DNA of 64,000 nt from the NCBI GenBank assembly GCA_019244185.1, contig JAFATB010000010.1, positions 1-64,000 on the forward strand, in the 5' to 3' direction. A model generated the notes under the pieces. That model saw nothing but the letters and a program-made list of their open reading frames with translations, had not been told where the DNA came from and ran no database searches. The number at the start of each line of letters is the position of its first letter. The stretch's first letter is position 1. This document shows, in pieces, positions 9,354-20,928 of the stretch. This DNA comes from Acidobacteriota bacterium (GTDB taxonomy: Bacteria > Acidobacteriota > Thermoanaerobaculia > Gp7-AA8). Made by a program: the position numbers and the translations under genes.

Positions 9354-11192
9354 GTGATCCGCGCGATCGTCCACCACGGCTTCCTCGGCGAAGCGATCGA
9401 ATACTTCGCCGTCGTCGTCGGTCCGGACGTCGACCGCCGCTTCTTCTTCGAGCAGATCAAGTCCGCGCGCGGCGACGTCGTGCGCTACTTCGGCGGCAAC
9501 TCGGAGATCGTCCTCAATCCCGAGGGCGTGCGCTTTCGCGGGAACGGCGGCATGTTCGGCGAGTACATGTTCGGCGGGCATCTCCCCGTCGGCGATCTGC
9601 TCAACGAGGAAGTCGTCAACCGCCTCGTTCTCTTCGGCACGACCATCGATCCGCGCTCGCACGAGCTGCGCTTCACGCCGAACACGGAAGGCTTCGAGCG
9701 GTGGGAGAACCTCTTCCTGCAGGGCAACGCCGTCGCGAATCATTTCTTCTTCGTCGACGACCGCAAGCGTCTGCCCGACGTCGGCGACCGTCAGGAGAAG
9801 ACGCTCAAGAGCACGGGCAAGCTGCTCAAGCGCTCGCGCAAAGTCGGCGCGGGGCAGTTCCTCGCGCTCGCGCACGAGATGCTCGACGCGCTCGGCGAGC
9901 CGGAGACGACGCTGGTCATCGTGCGCGTCGTGCATCGCGCCAATCAGCGGCTCGCGGAGCTGTGCCGCAATGCATACGCGGCGTCGCAGTCGCTCGACGA
10001 CGTTGCGAGCGCGCTCGCCGACGAGGCCATCGAGCCGTATCAGCGCGAGCGCATCCAGATCGACGTCATCTATCACCATCGCGACAACCAGGAGCTCATC
10101 GACGAGTACAAACGCATCCTCGCGTCGTGCGCCGGCTCGACCATCGACTCGTCGGCGCGGGCGCGGCTCATGCGCCTGCGCACGCTCTCGCTGCGCAACG
10201 AAGTGCCGCTCTCGATCTTCGACACGCTCGAAGAGATCGTGTTGCAGGAGCCGCGCGCGGTCGTTCGGAAAGAAGACGAGGCCGATTACATCCAGTCCAC
10301 GCGCGAGATCCTCGGCGGCTTCCTCCTCGGTCGCAACATCACCCGCAAGCTCTCCTCGCTCGATCTCGTGCAGCTGATGGAGAACAAGCAGCGCGCCGCC
10401 GCGATGCGCGACCAGACGTTCGAGGAGGTGCTGCTCGAGACCGGCCGCCTCATCGACGAGATCGGCCGCGAGGAAGAGGATTACGAACGCCTCGAATCGT
10501 TCGGCGAGCTGGTGACGCTCTTCGACCGCATCGATCACACCACGACGCTGGTCAACAAGCTCGCCTTCATGGACGACGTCGAGCTGTCGCCCGAACAGGT
10601 GCGGTCGCTGCTCGGCAACATGCAGGTCTTCGAGAAGCTGCGTCGCGGCCTCTTTCAGCAGCTCTTCATCGATCCGGTCGTGAACAACGAGTACGCGCTC
10701 GCCTACGGCAAGAAGAAGCTCTACGCGCTGACGCTCGGCCTGATCTCGATCGAGAACAACGAGGAGTCGATCGCCGGCGTGGTCGACGCGATCGTCTCGA
10801 TCAACCGCCACGAGCGCGCGTACTTTGCCGCGTACAACCTCGCGCGCCGGCGCATGGCGAACTTCTATCTCGAGCTCAACACCGCCGAAGGACGCGAGAC
10901 GTTCCGCCGCGAGATCCGCGCCGAGATCACGCACGATCCCGCGCTGCGCGACCTGCACGACTTCATCAACGAGTCGCTGCTCGAGGAAGTGATCACGAAG
11001 ATCCGCCTCGAGGCCTTCTACATCAACCAGCTGCTGCCGCGCATCGTCGAAGAGCACGATCCGAAGCTGCGCAACGACTTCCTGTCGAACTCCGGTCTCG
11101 ATCGCTTCCAGGTCGAAGAGCTCGAGCGCGAGTACTTCGAGATGCGCGCGTTCCCGCCGCAGCTGCTCGATGTGATCCAGCGGCCCGCGTAG
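9354..11192 (+). CDS. Conserved hypothetical protein resembling the TIGR04442 family
   Basis: GTG start after a TAGAAT box; N-terminal GVRFRGNGGMFGEYMFG...NRLVLFG recalled as TIGR04442-like; mostly helical, ~612 aa. Confidence 0.6.
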   Translation: MIRAIVHHGFLGEAIEYFAVVVGPDVDRRFFFEQIKSARGDVVRYFGGNSEIVLNPEGVRFRGNGGMFGEYMFGGHLPVGDLLNEEVVNRLVLFGTTIDPRSHELRFTPNTEGFERWENLFLQGNAVANHFFFVDDRKRLPDVGDRQEKTLKSTGKLLKRSRKVGAGQFLALAHEMLDALGEPETTLVIVRVVHRANQRLAELCRNAYAASQSLDDVASALADEAIEPYQRERIQIDVIYHHRDNQELIDEYKRILASCAGSTIDSSARARLMRLRTLSLRNEVPLSIFDTLEEIVLQEPRAVVRKEDEADYIQSTREILGGFLLGRNITRKLSSLDLVQLMENKQRAAAMRDQTFEEVLLETGRLIDEIGREEEDYERLESFGELVTLFDRIDHTTTLVNKLAFMDDVELSPEQVRSLLGNMQVFEKLRRGLFQQLFIDPVVNNEYALAYGKKKLYALTLGLISIENNEESIAGVVDAIVSINRHERAYFAAYNLARRRMANFYLELNTAEGRETFRREIRAEITHDPALRDLHDFINESLLEEVITKIRLEAFYINQLLPRIVEEHDPKLRNDFLSNSGLDRFQVEELEREYFEMRAFPPQLLDVIQRPA

Positions 11193-11293
11193 AGCGCGCC
11201 GCTCCGCTGCATCCAGCGACCCGTTCGCTGCACGCGCCGCCTGTTGACTGCAAAAGGCAACGCCGCACGCGCGGAGCGCCGCATCGTCTGCGC

Positions 11294-12211
11294 ATGCGAA
11301 ACGCCCTCCTCGCCTTCGTTCTGCTGCTCGTCGCCGGCGTCGCCGCGGCCGCCACGCCGCGCGACGCGCTGCTCGTCGACACCGCCTGGCTCAAACAACA
11401 TCTGCACGATCGCAACCTCGTGCTACTGCAGGTCGGCGACCAGGCGAGCTTCGACGCCGGCCACATCGCCGGCGCGCGCGGCATCACGCTGAAAGACGTC
11501 TCGGCCGGCGACGGCAACGGAAACGCGCTCTCGCTGGAGATGCCGAATGCCGCGGAGCTGCGCGAGAAGCTCGAGGCGCTCGGCATCTCCGACGACTCGC
11601 GCGTCATCGTGCTGTTCGGCACCGACTGGGTCACGCCGTCGACGCGCGTGCTCTTCACGCTGCAGTACGCCGGCCTCGGCGCGCGCGCGTCGCTGCTCGA
11701 CGGCGGCCTTCCCGCGTGGGTGCGCGCCGGCGGTGCGGTGACGAAGGCGCCGACGCCCGCGAAACGCGGCAAGCTCGCGCCGCTCGCGCTGCAGCCGATC
11801 GTCGTCGACGCCGCGACCGTGCGCGCGCGCCTCGGCACGCCCGGCTACGCGATCGTCGACGGCCGCGCGGCCGCGTTCTATGACGGCGTCGATCACGGCA
11901 TGAACCGCGACGGCAGCATGCATCGGCCCGGACACGTCCACGGCGCGCACAGCATTCCGTTCACCAGCATCGCCAACGACGACCTCATGGTGAAGTCGAC
12001 CGCCGAGCTGCGCGCGCTCTTCGACCGCGCCGGCGTCAAACCGCACGACACCGTGATCGGCTACTGCCACGTCGGCATGCAGACCACGGCCATGCTGCTC
12101 GCCGCGCGCATCCTCGATCATCCCGTGCTGCTCTACGACGGCTCGTTTCAGGACTGGTCGGGCCACGCGGATTACCCCGTCGACAACCCGAGCGAAGGCA
12201 GCGCGAAATGA
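11294..12211 (+). CDS. Exported tandem-domain rhodanese/sulfurtransferase
   Basis: Signal peptide MRNALLAFVLLLVAGVAAAA; GHIAGA, LLDGGLPAW, active-site YCHVGMQT, LYDGSFQDW. Confidence 0.9.
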   Translation: MRNALLAFVLLLVAGVAAAATPRDALLVDTAWLKQHLHDRNLVLLQVGDQASFDAGHIAGARGITLKDVSAGDGNGNALSLEMPNAAELREKLEALGISDDSRVIVLFGTDWVTPSTRVLFTLQYAGLGARASLLDGGLPAWVRAGGAVTKAPTPAKRGKLAPLALQPIVVDAATVRARLGTPGYAIVDGRAAAFYDGVDHGMNRDGSMHRPGHVHGAHSIPFTSIANDDLMVKSTAELRALFDRAGVKPHDTVIGYCHVGMQTTAMLLAARILDHPVLLYDGSFQDWSGHADYPVDNPSEGSAK

Positions 12212-12783
12212 GCGGCGCGCCGCTCGCGGCCGACGACGTGCGTGAGGTGGATCGCGCTGCGTCGTCGCACGTGCAAGTGACGCGCGCGTACGCCGATCCA
12301 TACGTCGCCGGCGTCGCGCTCGGACTCGTGCTCCTCGCCGCCTTCGTCGTGATGGGCCGTGGCCTCGGCGCGTCCGGCGCCTTCGCATCGAGCGCCGCGG
12401 GAGTCGTTTCCGCGATCGCGCCGCGACGCGCCGCGACGAACGAGTACTTTGCGCGCTATCTCGCCGGCGACGGTCCGTGGCGCGACTGGCTGCTGTTCGA
12501 GTTGATCGGCGTGATCCTCGGCGGCTTTTTCCCGAGCATCCTTGCCGGCCGCTTCCGCTTCGAGATCGCGCGCGGCCCGCGCCTCGCGCGCACACCGCGA
12601 CTCGCGCTCGCCCTCGCCGGCGGCGCGCTGATGGGCACCGGCGCCGTCCTCGCGCGCGGCTGCACGAGCGGCCTCGCCCTCACCGGCGGCGCGCTGCTCT
12701 CGGTCGGCAGCTGGCTCTTCATCGCCGTCGCGTTCGCGAGCGCGTTCGCCGTCGCGCCGCTCGTGCGGAAGGCGTGGCGATGA
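12208..12783 (+). CDS. YeeE/YedE family sulfur-compound transporter subunit
   Basis: Hydrophobic; PYVAGVALG, GRGLGASG, ARGCTSG conserved Cys motif. Confidence 0.85.
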   Translation: MSGAPLAADDVREVDRAASSHVQVTRAYADPYVAGVALGLVLLAAFVVMGRGLGASGAFASSAAGVVSAIAPRRAATNEYFARYLAGDGPWRDWLLFELIGVILGGFFPSILAGRFRFEIARGPRLARTPRLALALAGGALMGTGAVLARGCTSGLALTGGALLSVGSWLFIAVAFASAFAVAPLVRKAWR

Positions 12784-13361
12784 CCGCGCCGCTCGTCGAC
12801 TTCGCCGCCTTTAGCGCCGCGTCGCAACTCGCCATCGCCGTCTTCATCGGCCTCGCCTTTGGCTTCGCGCTCGAACGCGCCGGCCTCGGCGACGCGCGCA
12901 AGCTCGCGGGCCAGTTCTATGTCACCGACTTCACCGTCCTGAAAGTGATGTTCAGCGCGATCGTGACGGCGATGCTCGGCGCGTACTGGCTGGCGCGTCT
13001 CGGCGTCCTCGACCTCGCGCGCGTGTTCGTGCCGGAGACGTACGTCCTGCCGCAGCTCGCCGGCGGCGCGCTCTTCGGCATCGGCTTCGTGCTGGCCGGA
13101 CTCTGTCCCGGCACCTCGTGTGTCGCCGCCGCGACCGGCCGCGGCGACGGCGCGCTGACCGTCGTCGGCATGTTCGCGGGCGTCCTCGCCACCGGCCTCG
13201 CGTTCGCACCGCTGCGCGCGTTCTACGCGAGCACCGCGCGCGGCAGCCTCACGTTGCCGCAACTGCTCGACCTGCCGTACGGCGTCGTCGTCTGCGCGAT
13301 CGTCGCGATCGCGCTCGCCGTCTTCCGCATCGTCGAACGCTGGGAGCGACGCGCGGCATGA
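12780..13361 (+). CDS. YeeE/YedE family sulfur-compound transporter subunit 2
   Basis: GFALERAG, DFTVLKVMFSAI, GLCPGT Cys motif; ATGA overlap. Confidence 0.85.
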   Translation: MTAPLVDFAAFSAASQLAIAVFIGLAFGFALERAGLGDARKLAGQFYVTDFTVLKVMFSAIVTAMLGAYWLARLGVLDLARVFVPETYVLPQLAGGALFGIGFVLAGLCPGTSCVAAATGRGDGALTVVGMFAGVLATGLAFAPLRAFYASTARGSLTLPQLLDLPYGVVVCAIVAIALAVFRIVERWERRAA

Positions 13362-13903
13362 ATCGGACGCTCGCGATCGCGGCTCTCGTCCTCGGTGCGC
13401 TCGCCGCGATCGGCGGCAGTCCGTATCGCGCCCAGCACGCGAACGTCGACGCCGCGCGCCTCGCGCGCGCGATCGCGCACGAGGACGATCACGTGACCGC
13501 ACTCGAACTCGCGGAGTGGATCCGCGATCGCAAGCCGCGCCTGCGCATCATCGATCTCCGCTCCGAACGCGAGTTCGCGACGTATCACCTGCCGCGCGCC
13601 GAGCGCGTGCCGATCGAAGCAATTCCGTCGACGCCGTTCGCGCGCGACGAAACGCTCGTCCTGATCTCCGACGGCGGCGCGCATGCGGCGCAGGCGTGGG
13701 TGCTCCTGCAGTCGCTCGGCTACCGCGACGTCTACTTCCTCCGCGGCGGCCTCGGCGAATGGCTGGACGACGTGATGTCGCCGGCGAAGCCGAGCGATCT
13801 CACGCGCTACTTCGGCGGCGTTCCGCGCGCGACCGGCGACGAAGCGGCCTACGGTGGCGGCACGAGCGCCGCCGTGAAGGCGATGCGGAGACGCGGATGT
13901 TGA
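13358..13903 (+). CDS. Membrane-anchored rhodanese-like protein lacking the catalytic Cys, ending in Gly-Cys
   Basis: N-terminal hydrophobic segment; IIDLR..EF..YHLPRA, YFLRGGLGEW; active-site loop ISDGG; C-terminus RRRGC*. Confidence 0.8.
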   Translation: MNRTLAIAALVLGALAAIGGSPYRAQHANVDAARLARAIAHEDDHVTALELAEWIRDRKPRLRIIDLRSEREFATYHLPRAERVPIEAIPSTPFARDETLVLISDGGAHAAQAWVLLQSLGYRDVYFLRGGLGEWLDDVMSPAKPSDLTRYFGGVPRATGDEAAYGGGTSAAVKAMRRRGC

Positions 13904-15219
13904 CGCTCGCGGTCGACACGCGTTCGCGCGATGCCGCGTTCTTCGCCGGCCTGCGCGCCCGCGAGTTCGCGCGGCTCGACGCGCAGCGGCTCGCGTATCT
14001 CGACTACACCGGCAGCGCGCTGTACGCGGAGTCGCAGCTCTACGCGCATCACGCACTGCTGCGGAGAGGCATCTTCGGCAACCCGCACTCCGACTCCGCG
14101 CCGTCGCGCGCGAGCACGGACGTCATCGATGCGGCGCGGCGCCGCGTGCTGCGGCACTTCGACGTCGACGAGCGCACGCACGCCGTCATCTTCACCGCGA
14201 ACACCAGCGCGGCCGTGAAGCTCGTCGCCGAGAGCTATCCGTTCGATGCGTCGACGTCGCTCGTGCTGTCGTCCGACAACCACAACTCCGTCCTCGGCAT
14301 CCGCGAGTACGCCGCGCGCGCCGGCGCCGCCGTGCACGCCATCGCGCTCGACGAAGAGCTGCGCCTGCGCGACGCACGCGCGACGCTCGCGGCTGCGAAG
14401 CGCGGCCTCTTCGCGTTCCCCGCGCAGTCGAATTTCTCCGGCGTGCGTCATCCGCTGGCACTCGTGAGCGACGCGCATCGTCTCGGCTTCGACGTGCTGC
14501 TCGACGCCGCCGCGTACGTGCCGAGCCACGCGCTCAGCCTTCGCGACGTGCCGGCGGATTTCACGGCGCTGTCGTTCTACAAACTCTTCGGCTATCCGAC
14601 CGGCCTCGGCGCGCTCATCGCGCGGCGCGACGCGCTCGCGAAACTGCGCCGCCCGTGGTTCGCCGGCGGCACGGTGCTCTTCGCGTCCGTCGCCGCGAAC
14701 ACGCATCGGCTGCGTCCCGGTCACGAGGCGTTCGAAGACGGCACGCCCGACTTTCTCAACATCGCCGCGCTCGATGCCGGCTTCGATCTGCTCGACGGCG
14801 CCGGGATGCCGCGCATCGCCGTGCACGTCGCGCATCTCACCGAACTGCTGCTCGATGGTCTGCTCGCGTTGCACAACGTTCGCGTGTATGGCCCGCGCGA
14901 TCTCACTGCGCGCGGCGGCACCATCGCGTTCAACATCCGCGGCGTGCCGTACTGGGACGTCGAAGCGTACGCGCGCGAGCGCGGCGTGGCCCTGCGCGGC
15001 GGCTGCTTCTGCAATCCCGGCGCATCCGAGGCGGCGTTTGGAATCGAAACGTCGCGCTTGCGCGGTTGCCTCGAAACGCTCGGCGCCGACTTCACTCCGC
15101 AGCGACTGGCCGCGTGCGCCGGCACCGTCGTCGGCGCCGTTCGTGCGTCGCTCGGACTGGCGAACAACGAAGCCGACGTCGCGCGCGCGCTCGACGTCAT
15201 CGCCTCGCTGTCGCGCTGA
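13897..15219 (+). CDS. Class V PLP enzyme, molybdenum-cofactor-sulfurase-like cysteine desulfurase
   Basis: YLDYTG, GNPHS, DNHNSV, LLDAA, SFYKLFGYPTGLG (PLP Lys), FEDGT, RGGCFCNPG. Confidence 0.87.
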   Translation: MLTLAVDTRSRDAAFFAGLRAREFARLDAQRLAYLDYTGSALYAESQLYAHHALLRRGIFGNPHSDSAPSRASTDVIDAARRRVLRHFDVDERTHAVIFTANTSAAVKLVAESYPFDASTSLVLSSDNHNSVLGIREYAARAGAAVHAIALDEELRLRDARATLAAAKRGLFAFPAQSNFSGVRHPLALVSDAHRLGFDVLLDAAAYVPSHALSLRDVPADFTALSFYKLFGYPTGLGALIARRDALAKLRRPWFAGGTVLFASVAANTHRLRPGHEAFEDGTPDFLNIAALDAGFDLLDGAGMPRIAVHVAHLTELLLDGLLALHNVRVYGPRDLTARGGTIAFNIRGVPYWDVEAYARERGVALRGGCFCNPGASEAAFGIETSRLRGCLETLGADFTPQRLAACAGTVVGAVRASLGLANNEADVARALDVIASLSR

Positions 15220-15289
15220 CGACGCTTCCGGCACGCGGCCGCTACGCGCGTACAAGACGGCGGGTCGCATCGCGGCTACGCTGGTCGCC

Positions 15290-15919
15290 ATGAAACGACT
15301 GCTCGGCTCCGTTGTGTTTCTGCTGCTGCTTCCGCTGATCGCCACCGCCGCGCCGGCGCCGCAGGATGCGATCGGCACGATCGCATCGCTGTTCACGAAG
15401 TACGACGTCGTCGGCATCCCCGAAGTGCATCGCATGGCCGAGACCCACGTCTTCCTGCGGCAGCTCGTCAGCGATCCGCGCATCACCCGCGTGATCGACG
15501 ACGTCGTGGTGGAGTCGGGCAACGCGCGTTATCAGGAGGTCATGGACCGCTACATCATGGGTGCGGACGTGCCGCTGGCGGAGGTCGAGCCGGCGTGGCG
15601 CGACACCACGATGTTCCTCGTGTGGGACTCGCCGTTGTACCGGCAATTGTTCGAGACCATCCGCAACGTCAACACCACGTTGCCGCGCGCGCATCGCATC
15701 CGCGTGCTCCTCGGCGACCCGCCCATTCCGTGGGAGCAGGTGAAGACCCGCGCGGATTACGAACGCTTCGCCGATCGCGACTTCTCGTATGCCGAGGTGG
15801 TGGATCGCGAGGTGTTCGCCAAACATCACAAGGCGCTGCTCATCGCGGGCGCGATGCACGTGTACGGCATGAGCTTCATCGGCGACCTGGACGACGCGCT
15901 CCGCTGCACGTCGCACTGA
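15290..15919 (+). CDS. Secreted hypothetical protein, EreA/ChaN-like fold, possibly truncated
   Basis: Signal peptide; VVGIPEVH, VVVESG, LLIAGAMH motifs; stops shortly after the last motif. Confidence 0.55.
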   Translation: MKRLLGSVVFLLLLPLIATAAPAPQDAIGTIASLFTKYDVVGIPEVHRMAETHVFLRQLVSDPRITRVIDDVVVESGNARYQEVMDRYIMGADVPLAEVEPAWRDTTMFLVWDSPLYRQLFETIRNVNTTLPRAHRIRVLLGDPPIPWEQVKTRADYERFADRDFSYAEVVDREVFAKHHKALLIAGAMHVYGMSFIGDLDDALRCTSH

Positions 15920-15936
15920 CGCTATGCTGTCGTCCG

Positions 15937-16697
15937 ATGAACGCCATCACCGCGGGCGAGGTGAGCCGGCAGATGACGGCGGGCGATTTTCGCGTCCACA
16001 TCACGCATCATCGCGCCGGCACCGGTCTCCGCCGCCACGATCATGAAGCGGCGTCGCTGCAACTCGTGCTCGGCGGAGGGTTCGAGGAGACGATCGGCTC
16101 CCGCACGTACGACTGCGAAGCCTCCTCGCTCATCTTCAAGCCTGCCGGCGCGCATCATGCCGACCGCTACACGGTGGCCGTCGATGCGGTTCTGATCGAA
16201 CTGCCGCACGCGCCGCACGCGGCGCTGGGTGAGATCGTCGTCCGCCGCGATCGCCGCTGCGTCGACGTCGCGCGTCGCATCGTCGCGAGCTCGATGGCTT
16301 CGCCGCTGGAGCTCGAATCGGAGATCGTCCGCGCGCTTTCGCTCGTCGAACCCGTCCCGTGTGCGCGCGAGCGCAGGCCGGCGTGGCTCGACGACGCGGT
16401 CGACCTCGCCCGCGGAGGCGCCTCGCTCTCGCAGATCGCCGCCGGCGTCGGCCGCCACCGCACGCACGTGGCACGCGCGTTCCGCGAGGCGTTCGGCGTC
16501 TCGGCCGGCGCGTTCGTGCGCGACGAACGGCTGCAGAGCGCGGCGCATCACTTGCGCTTCACCAAACGCGCGCTCCGCGACGTCGCCGCCGAGCACGGCT
16601 TCTTCGACCAGAGCCATTTCACGCGTGCATTCCGCGCGCGCTTCGGCGTCAGTCCCGCGGAGTACCGCGCGGGCATGAACTCTGCGCGGCGATTCGC

Positions 16698-16701
<4 letters not shown>
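15937..16701 (+). CDS. AraC family transcriptional regulator
   Basis: Cupin HDH N-terminus; C-terminal HTH with [29 protein letters not shown]. Confidence 0.88.
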
Positions 16702-18698
<1,997 letters not shown>

Positions 18699-18705
18699 CG
18701 CGAAC

Positions 18706-20928
18706 TCACCTCGTCACCATCTTCCGAAACTCCGTCCCCCGCGTGATCCGCTCCACCAGTTTCTCGCGCCGCTCGCCGGGGCCGGGGGCACGGTCGAGCA
18801 GCGCGTGGAAGACCTCGTTCACGAACGTCGCGTCGTCGATGCATTCGCTGCCGTAGTCGAGCGTGTGCACGAGGTCGTCGAGGTGCACGTCGCCGCGCGC
18901 GATGCGGGGCCAGACGGTCACCGGGTCGTAGCCGAGGCGGGCGATGAGAGCCATGACCGCATCGCGGCGCAGGCGGGCGGGCGCGAAGCGGGTGGACGAG
19001 TCGCGCCAGAGCGCGCGCTCGTCGAGGAGCGGCGTCGTGGTCATGCGAACGGCCGGGAGGTGGGCGGGGTGGGTGGCGGGAGGGGCGCCGCGGTCATCGA
19101 TGGATATCCAAGCAAAGGACGCGGCGAGCGGGCGTCGGTCGGAGGCGTGCGGATCGATGGCCGCCGGCGCGGTCGCGCGAGCGAAGTCGAAGGTCAACAC
19201 GTTGACTCCGTCGCGCCAAACGCGTGCGGGAGCGTTGACGGCGTAGTCGCGCCAGGCGTTGGACATCGGCGTTGTATCCGCGAGCGGCGTGCCGTTGACG
19301 GACACGCGCAGCGTCTGCGGCGGCAGCGACGGATGCGACATCGGCAGCGCGCTGAAGCGGATGACGCGATCTCGCGCGAACCAGCGCGGCACGCCGATCG
19401 TAGCGCGCGTGGCGATGGCCCAGCGGAACGCGCCGTCGCCTGCGCCTTCAGCCGCGGCCCAGCCGTCGCGGAAGAGCGGGTCTTCGGTCGTGGCGAGGCG
19501 GATGCTCCGCGCGCCGATGCCGAGGGCGAAGGCGCGGCGTTCGGCGTCGGTGGCGCGCTCGGCGAGGTAGTCTTCGCGGGCGTAGTGCAGCCGGAAGTTC
19601 TCGAGCGGCGAGGCGAGGAGCAGAGGATAGCTGCACATCCAGTTGCGCGTGGTCGTGTCGTCCGAGAAGCCCGCCGTGACGAGGAACGTGGCGGGATAGT
19701 GGTCGACGAGCCCGCGCGCGATGTCGAGGATCGACATCTGCCGCAGATCGGCCTTCCGTGGCAGGCGTTCGAGGTAGAAGCGCAGCGACACTTCCGACCA
19801 CGGCTCCGCGGTGAGCACGAGATCGCCGGGATGCGCGCGCTGATGGATCGCGGCGGCGATGCCGCGCCAGTCGAGCTTCTGAAACGCCTCGGTTCGCGCG
19901 GCGTGCCACGTCTGCGTGAGGAAGGCGGCGACGATCGCGGCAGCGAGGAGCGGCGCGAAGCGGCGTGCGACGAGACGCGCGAACGCGGCGACGCCGATGC
20001 CGGCGAGCACGAGGTAGCCGGTCAGCGCCGGCGTCACGTAACGCGTCGCGTAGAAGTGTTCGAACGCGCGGAGCGATGCGAGCGCGAGCGCGAGCGGCAG
20101 CAGCGTCATGCCGATCGTGACAGCGGCCAGCGTCCGGTCGCGCTGCAGGAGCGCAATCGCTCCCGCGGCGGCGAAGCAGAGCAGCGCGACCGCCGTGCGT
20201 CCGCTGCCGGTGCCGAGCGCGGAGACGGAGAAGTTGTGCAGCAGCGCCGTGAAGAACGCCGCGTCGAGGTGCGGAAAGCCCGGCCAGCCCGCGTCTTCGA
20301 CGGGCGTTGCCGCGTAGAGCAGCGGCAGGAGCGCGATCGCGAGGAACGAGGCGATCGCGGCGATCGTGAAGAAGCGGCGACGCGCCTTGTCGAGCAGCGC
20401 CGCAACACTCGCCACGACGAACGCCGAAACGAGCACCGGCGCCGCCGTCGCGGACGTGTACAACGTCAACAACACGACGGCGACAACCAGCCACGGCGAG
20501 CGGCCGCGCAGCAGCACCGCCAGCAACGCCGCGGTCGCAAACATTAGGAGCGCGTACGCGCGCGCCTCGCGGCTGTAATAGACGTGCAGCGGCGAGGCGG
20601 CGAGCAGCAAGGCGGCAGTGGCGGCGGCGAGCTCGTCGAACGAGCGCGCGGCGAGCCACACCAGCGCGATGGCGGCGATGCCGAACAGCGCCGGCGCGAG
20701 GCGTCCCGCGGTCTCGTCGCGCGCGACCAGTCGGGCGGCGAGCTGCGTCGCGTAGTACAGCGGCCCGTGCTCGGGCGAGAAGCCGGTCAGCCAGCGCCAC
20801 CACGGCTGCTGCAGCGCGGCGGTGGTGAGGTCGTGGTGCAGGATCTCGTCGAGCCAGTAACTCGGCTCGCCGAGGTGATCGAGGCGGAGGAACGCGCCGA
20901 GGAGCAGCGCCGCGGCAAGCAGCAGCAT
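18706..20928 (-). CDS. GT-C membrane glycosyltransferase (ArnT/PMT-like, GT39/83) with periplasmic C-terminal domain
   Basis: SYWLDE, HGPLYY, SPLHVYYSREARAY; multiple TM segments. Confidence 0.8.
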   Translation of the reverse strand: MLLLAAALLLGAFLRLDHLGEPSYWLDEILHHDLTTAALQQPWWRWLTGFSPEHGPLYYATQLAARLVARDETAGRLAPALFGIAAIALVWLAARSFDELAAATAALLLAASPLHVYYSREARAYALLMFATAALLAVLLRGRSPWLVVAVVLLTLYTSATAAPVLVSAFVVASVAALLDKARRRFFTIAAIASFLAIALLPLLYAATPVEDAGWPGFPHLDAAFFTALLHNFSVSALGTGSGRTAVALLCFAAAGAIALLQRDRTLAAVTIGMTLLPLALALASLRAFEHFYATRYVTPALTGYLVLAGIGVAAFARLVARRFAPLLAAAIVAAFLTQTWHAARTEAFQKLDWRGIAAAIHQRAHPGDLVLTAEPWSEVSLRFYLERLPRKADLRQMSILDIARGLVDHYPATFLVTAGFSDDTTTRNWMCSYPLLLASPLENFRLHYAREDYLAERATDAERRAFALGIGARSIRLATTEDPLFRDGWAAAEGAGDGAFRWAIATRATIGVPRWFARDRVIRFSALPMSHPSLPPQTLRVSVNGTPLADTTPMSNAWRDYAVNAPARVWRDGVNVLTFDFARATAPAAIDPHASDRRPLAASFAWISIDDRGAPPATHPAHLPAVRMTTTPLLDERALWRDSSTRFAPARLRRDAVMALIARLGYDPVTVWPRIARGDVHLDDLVHTLDYGSECIDDATFVNEVFHALLDRAPGPGERREKLVERITRGTEFRKMVTR

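Noticed and set aside
11193-11293. Structured leader RNA before the sulfur operon
   Set aside because: Several short stems exist but are expected at this GC content; no known riboswitch motif recognised
13895-13960. Selenocysteine read-through (Gly-Cys-UGA) at the rhodanese end
   Set aside because: The UGA overlaps the next gene's start (ATGTTGA), typical of translational coupling; no convincing SECIS seen
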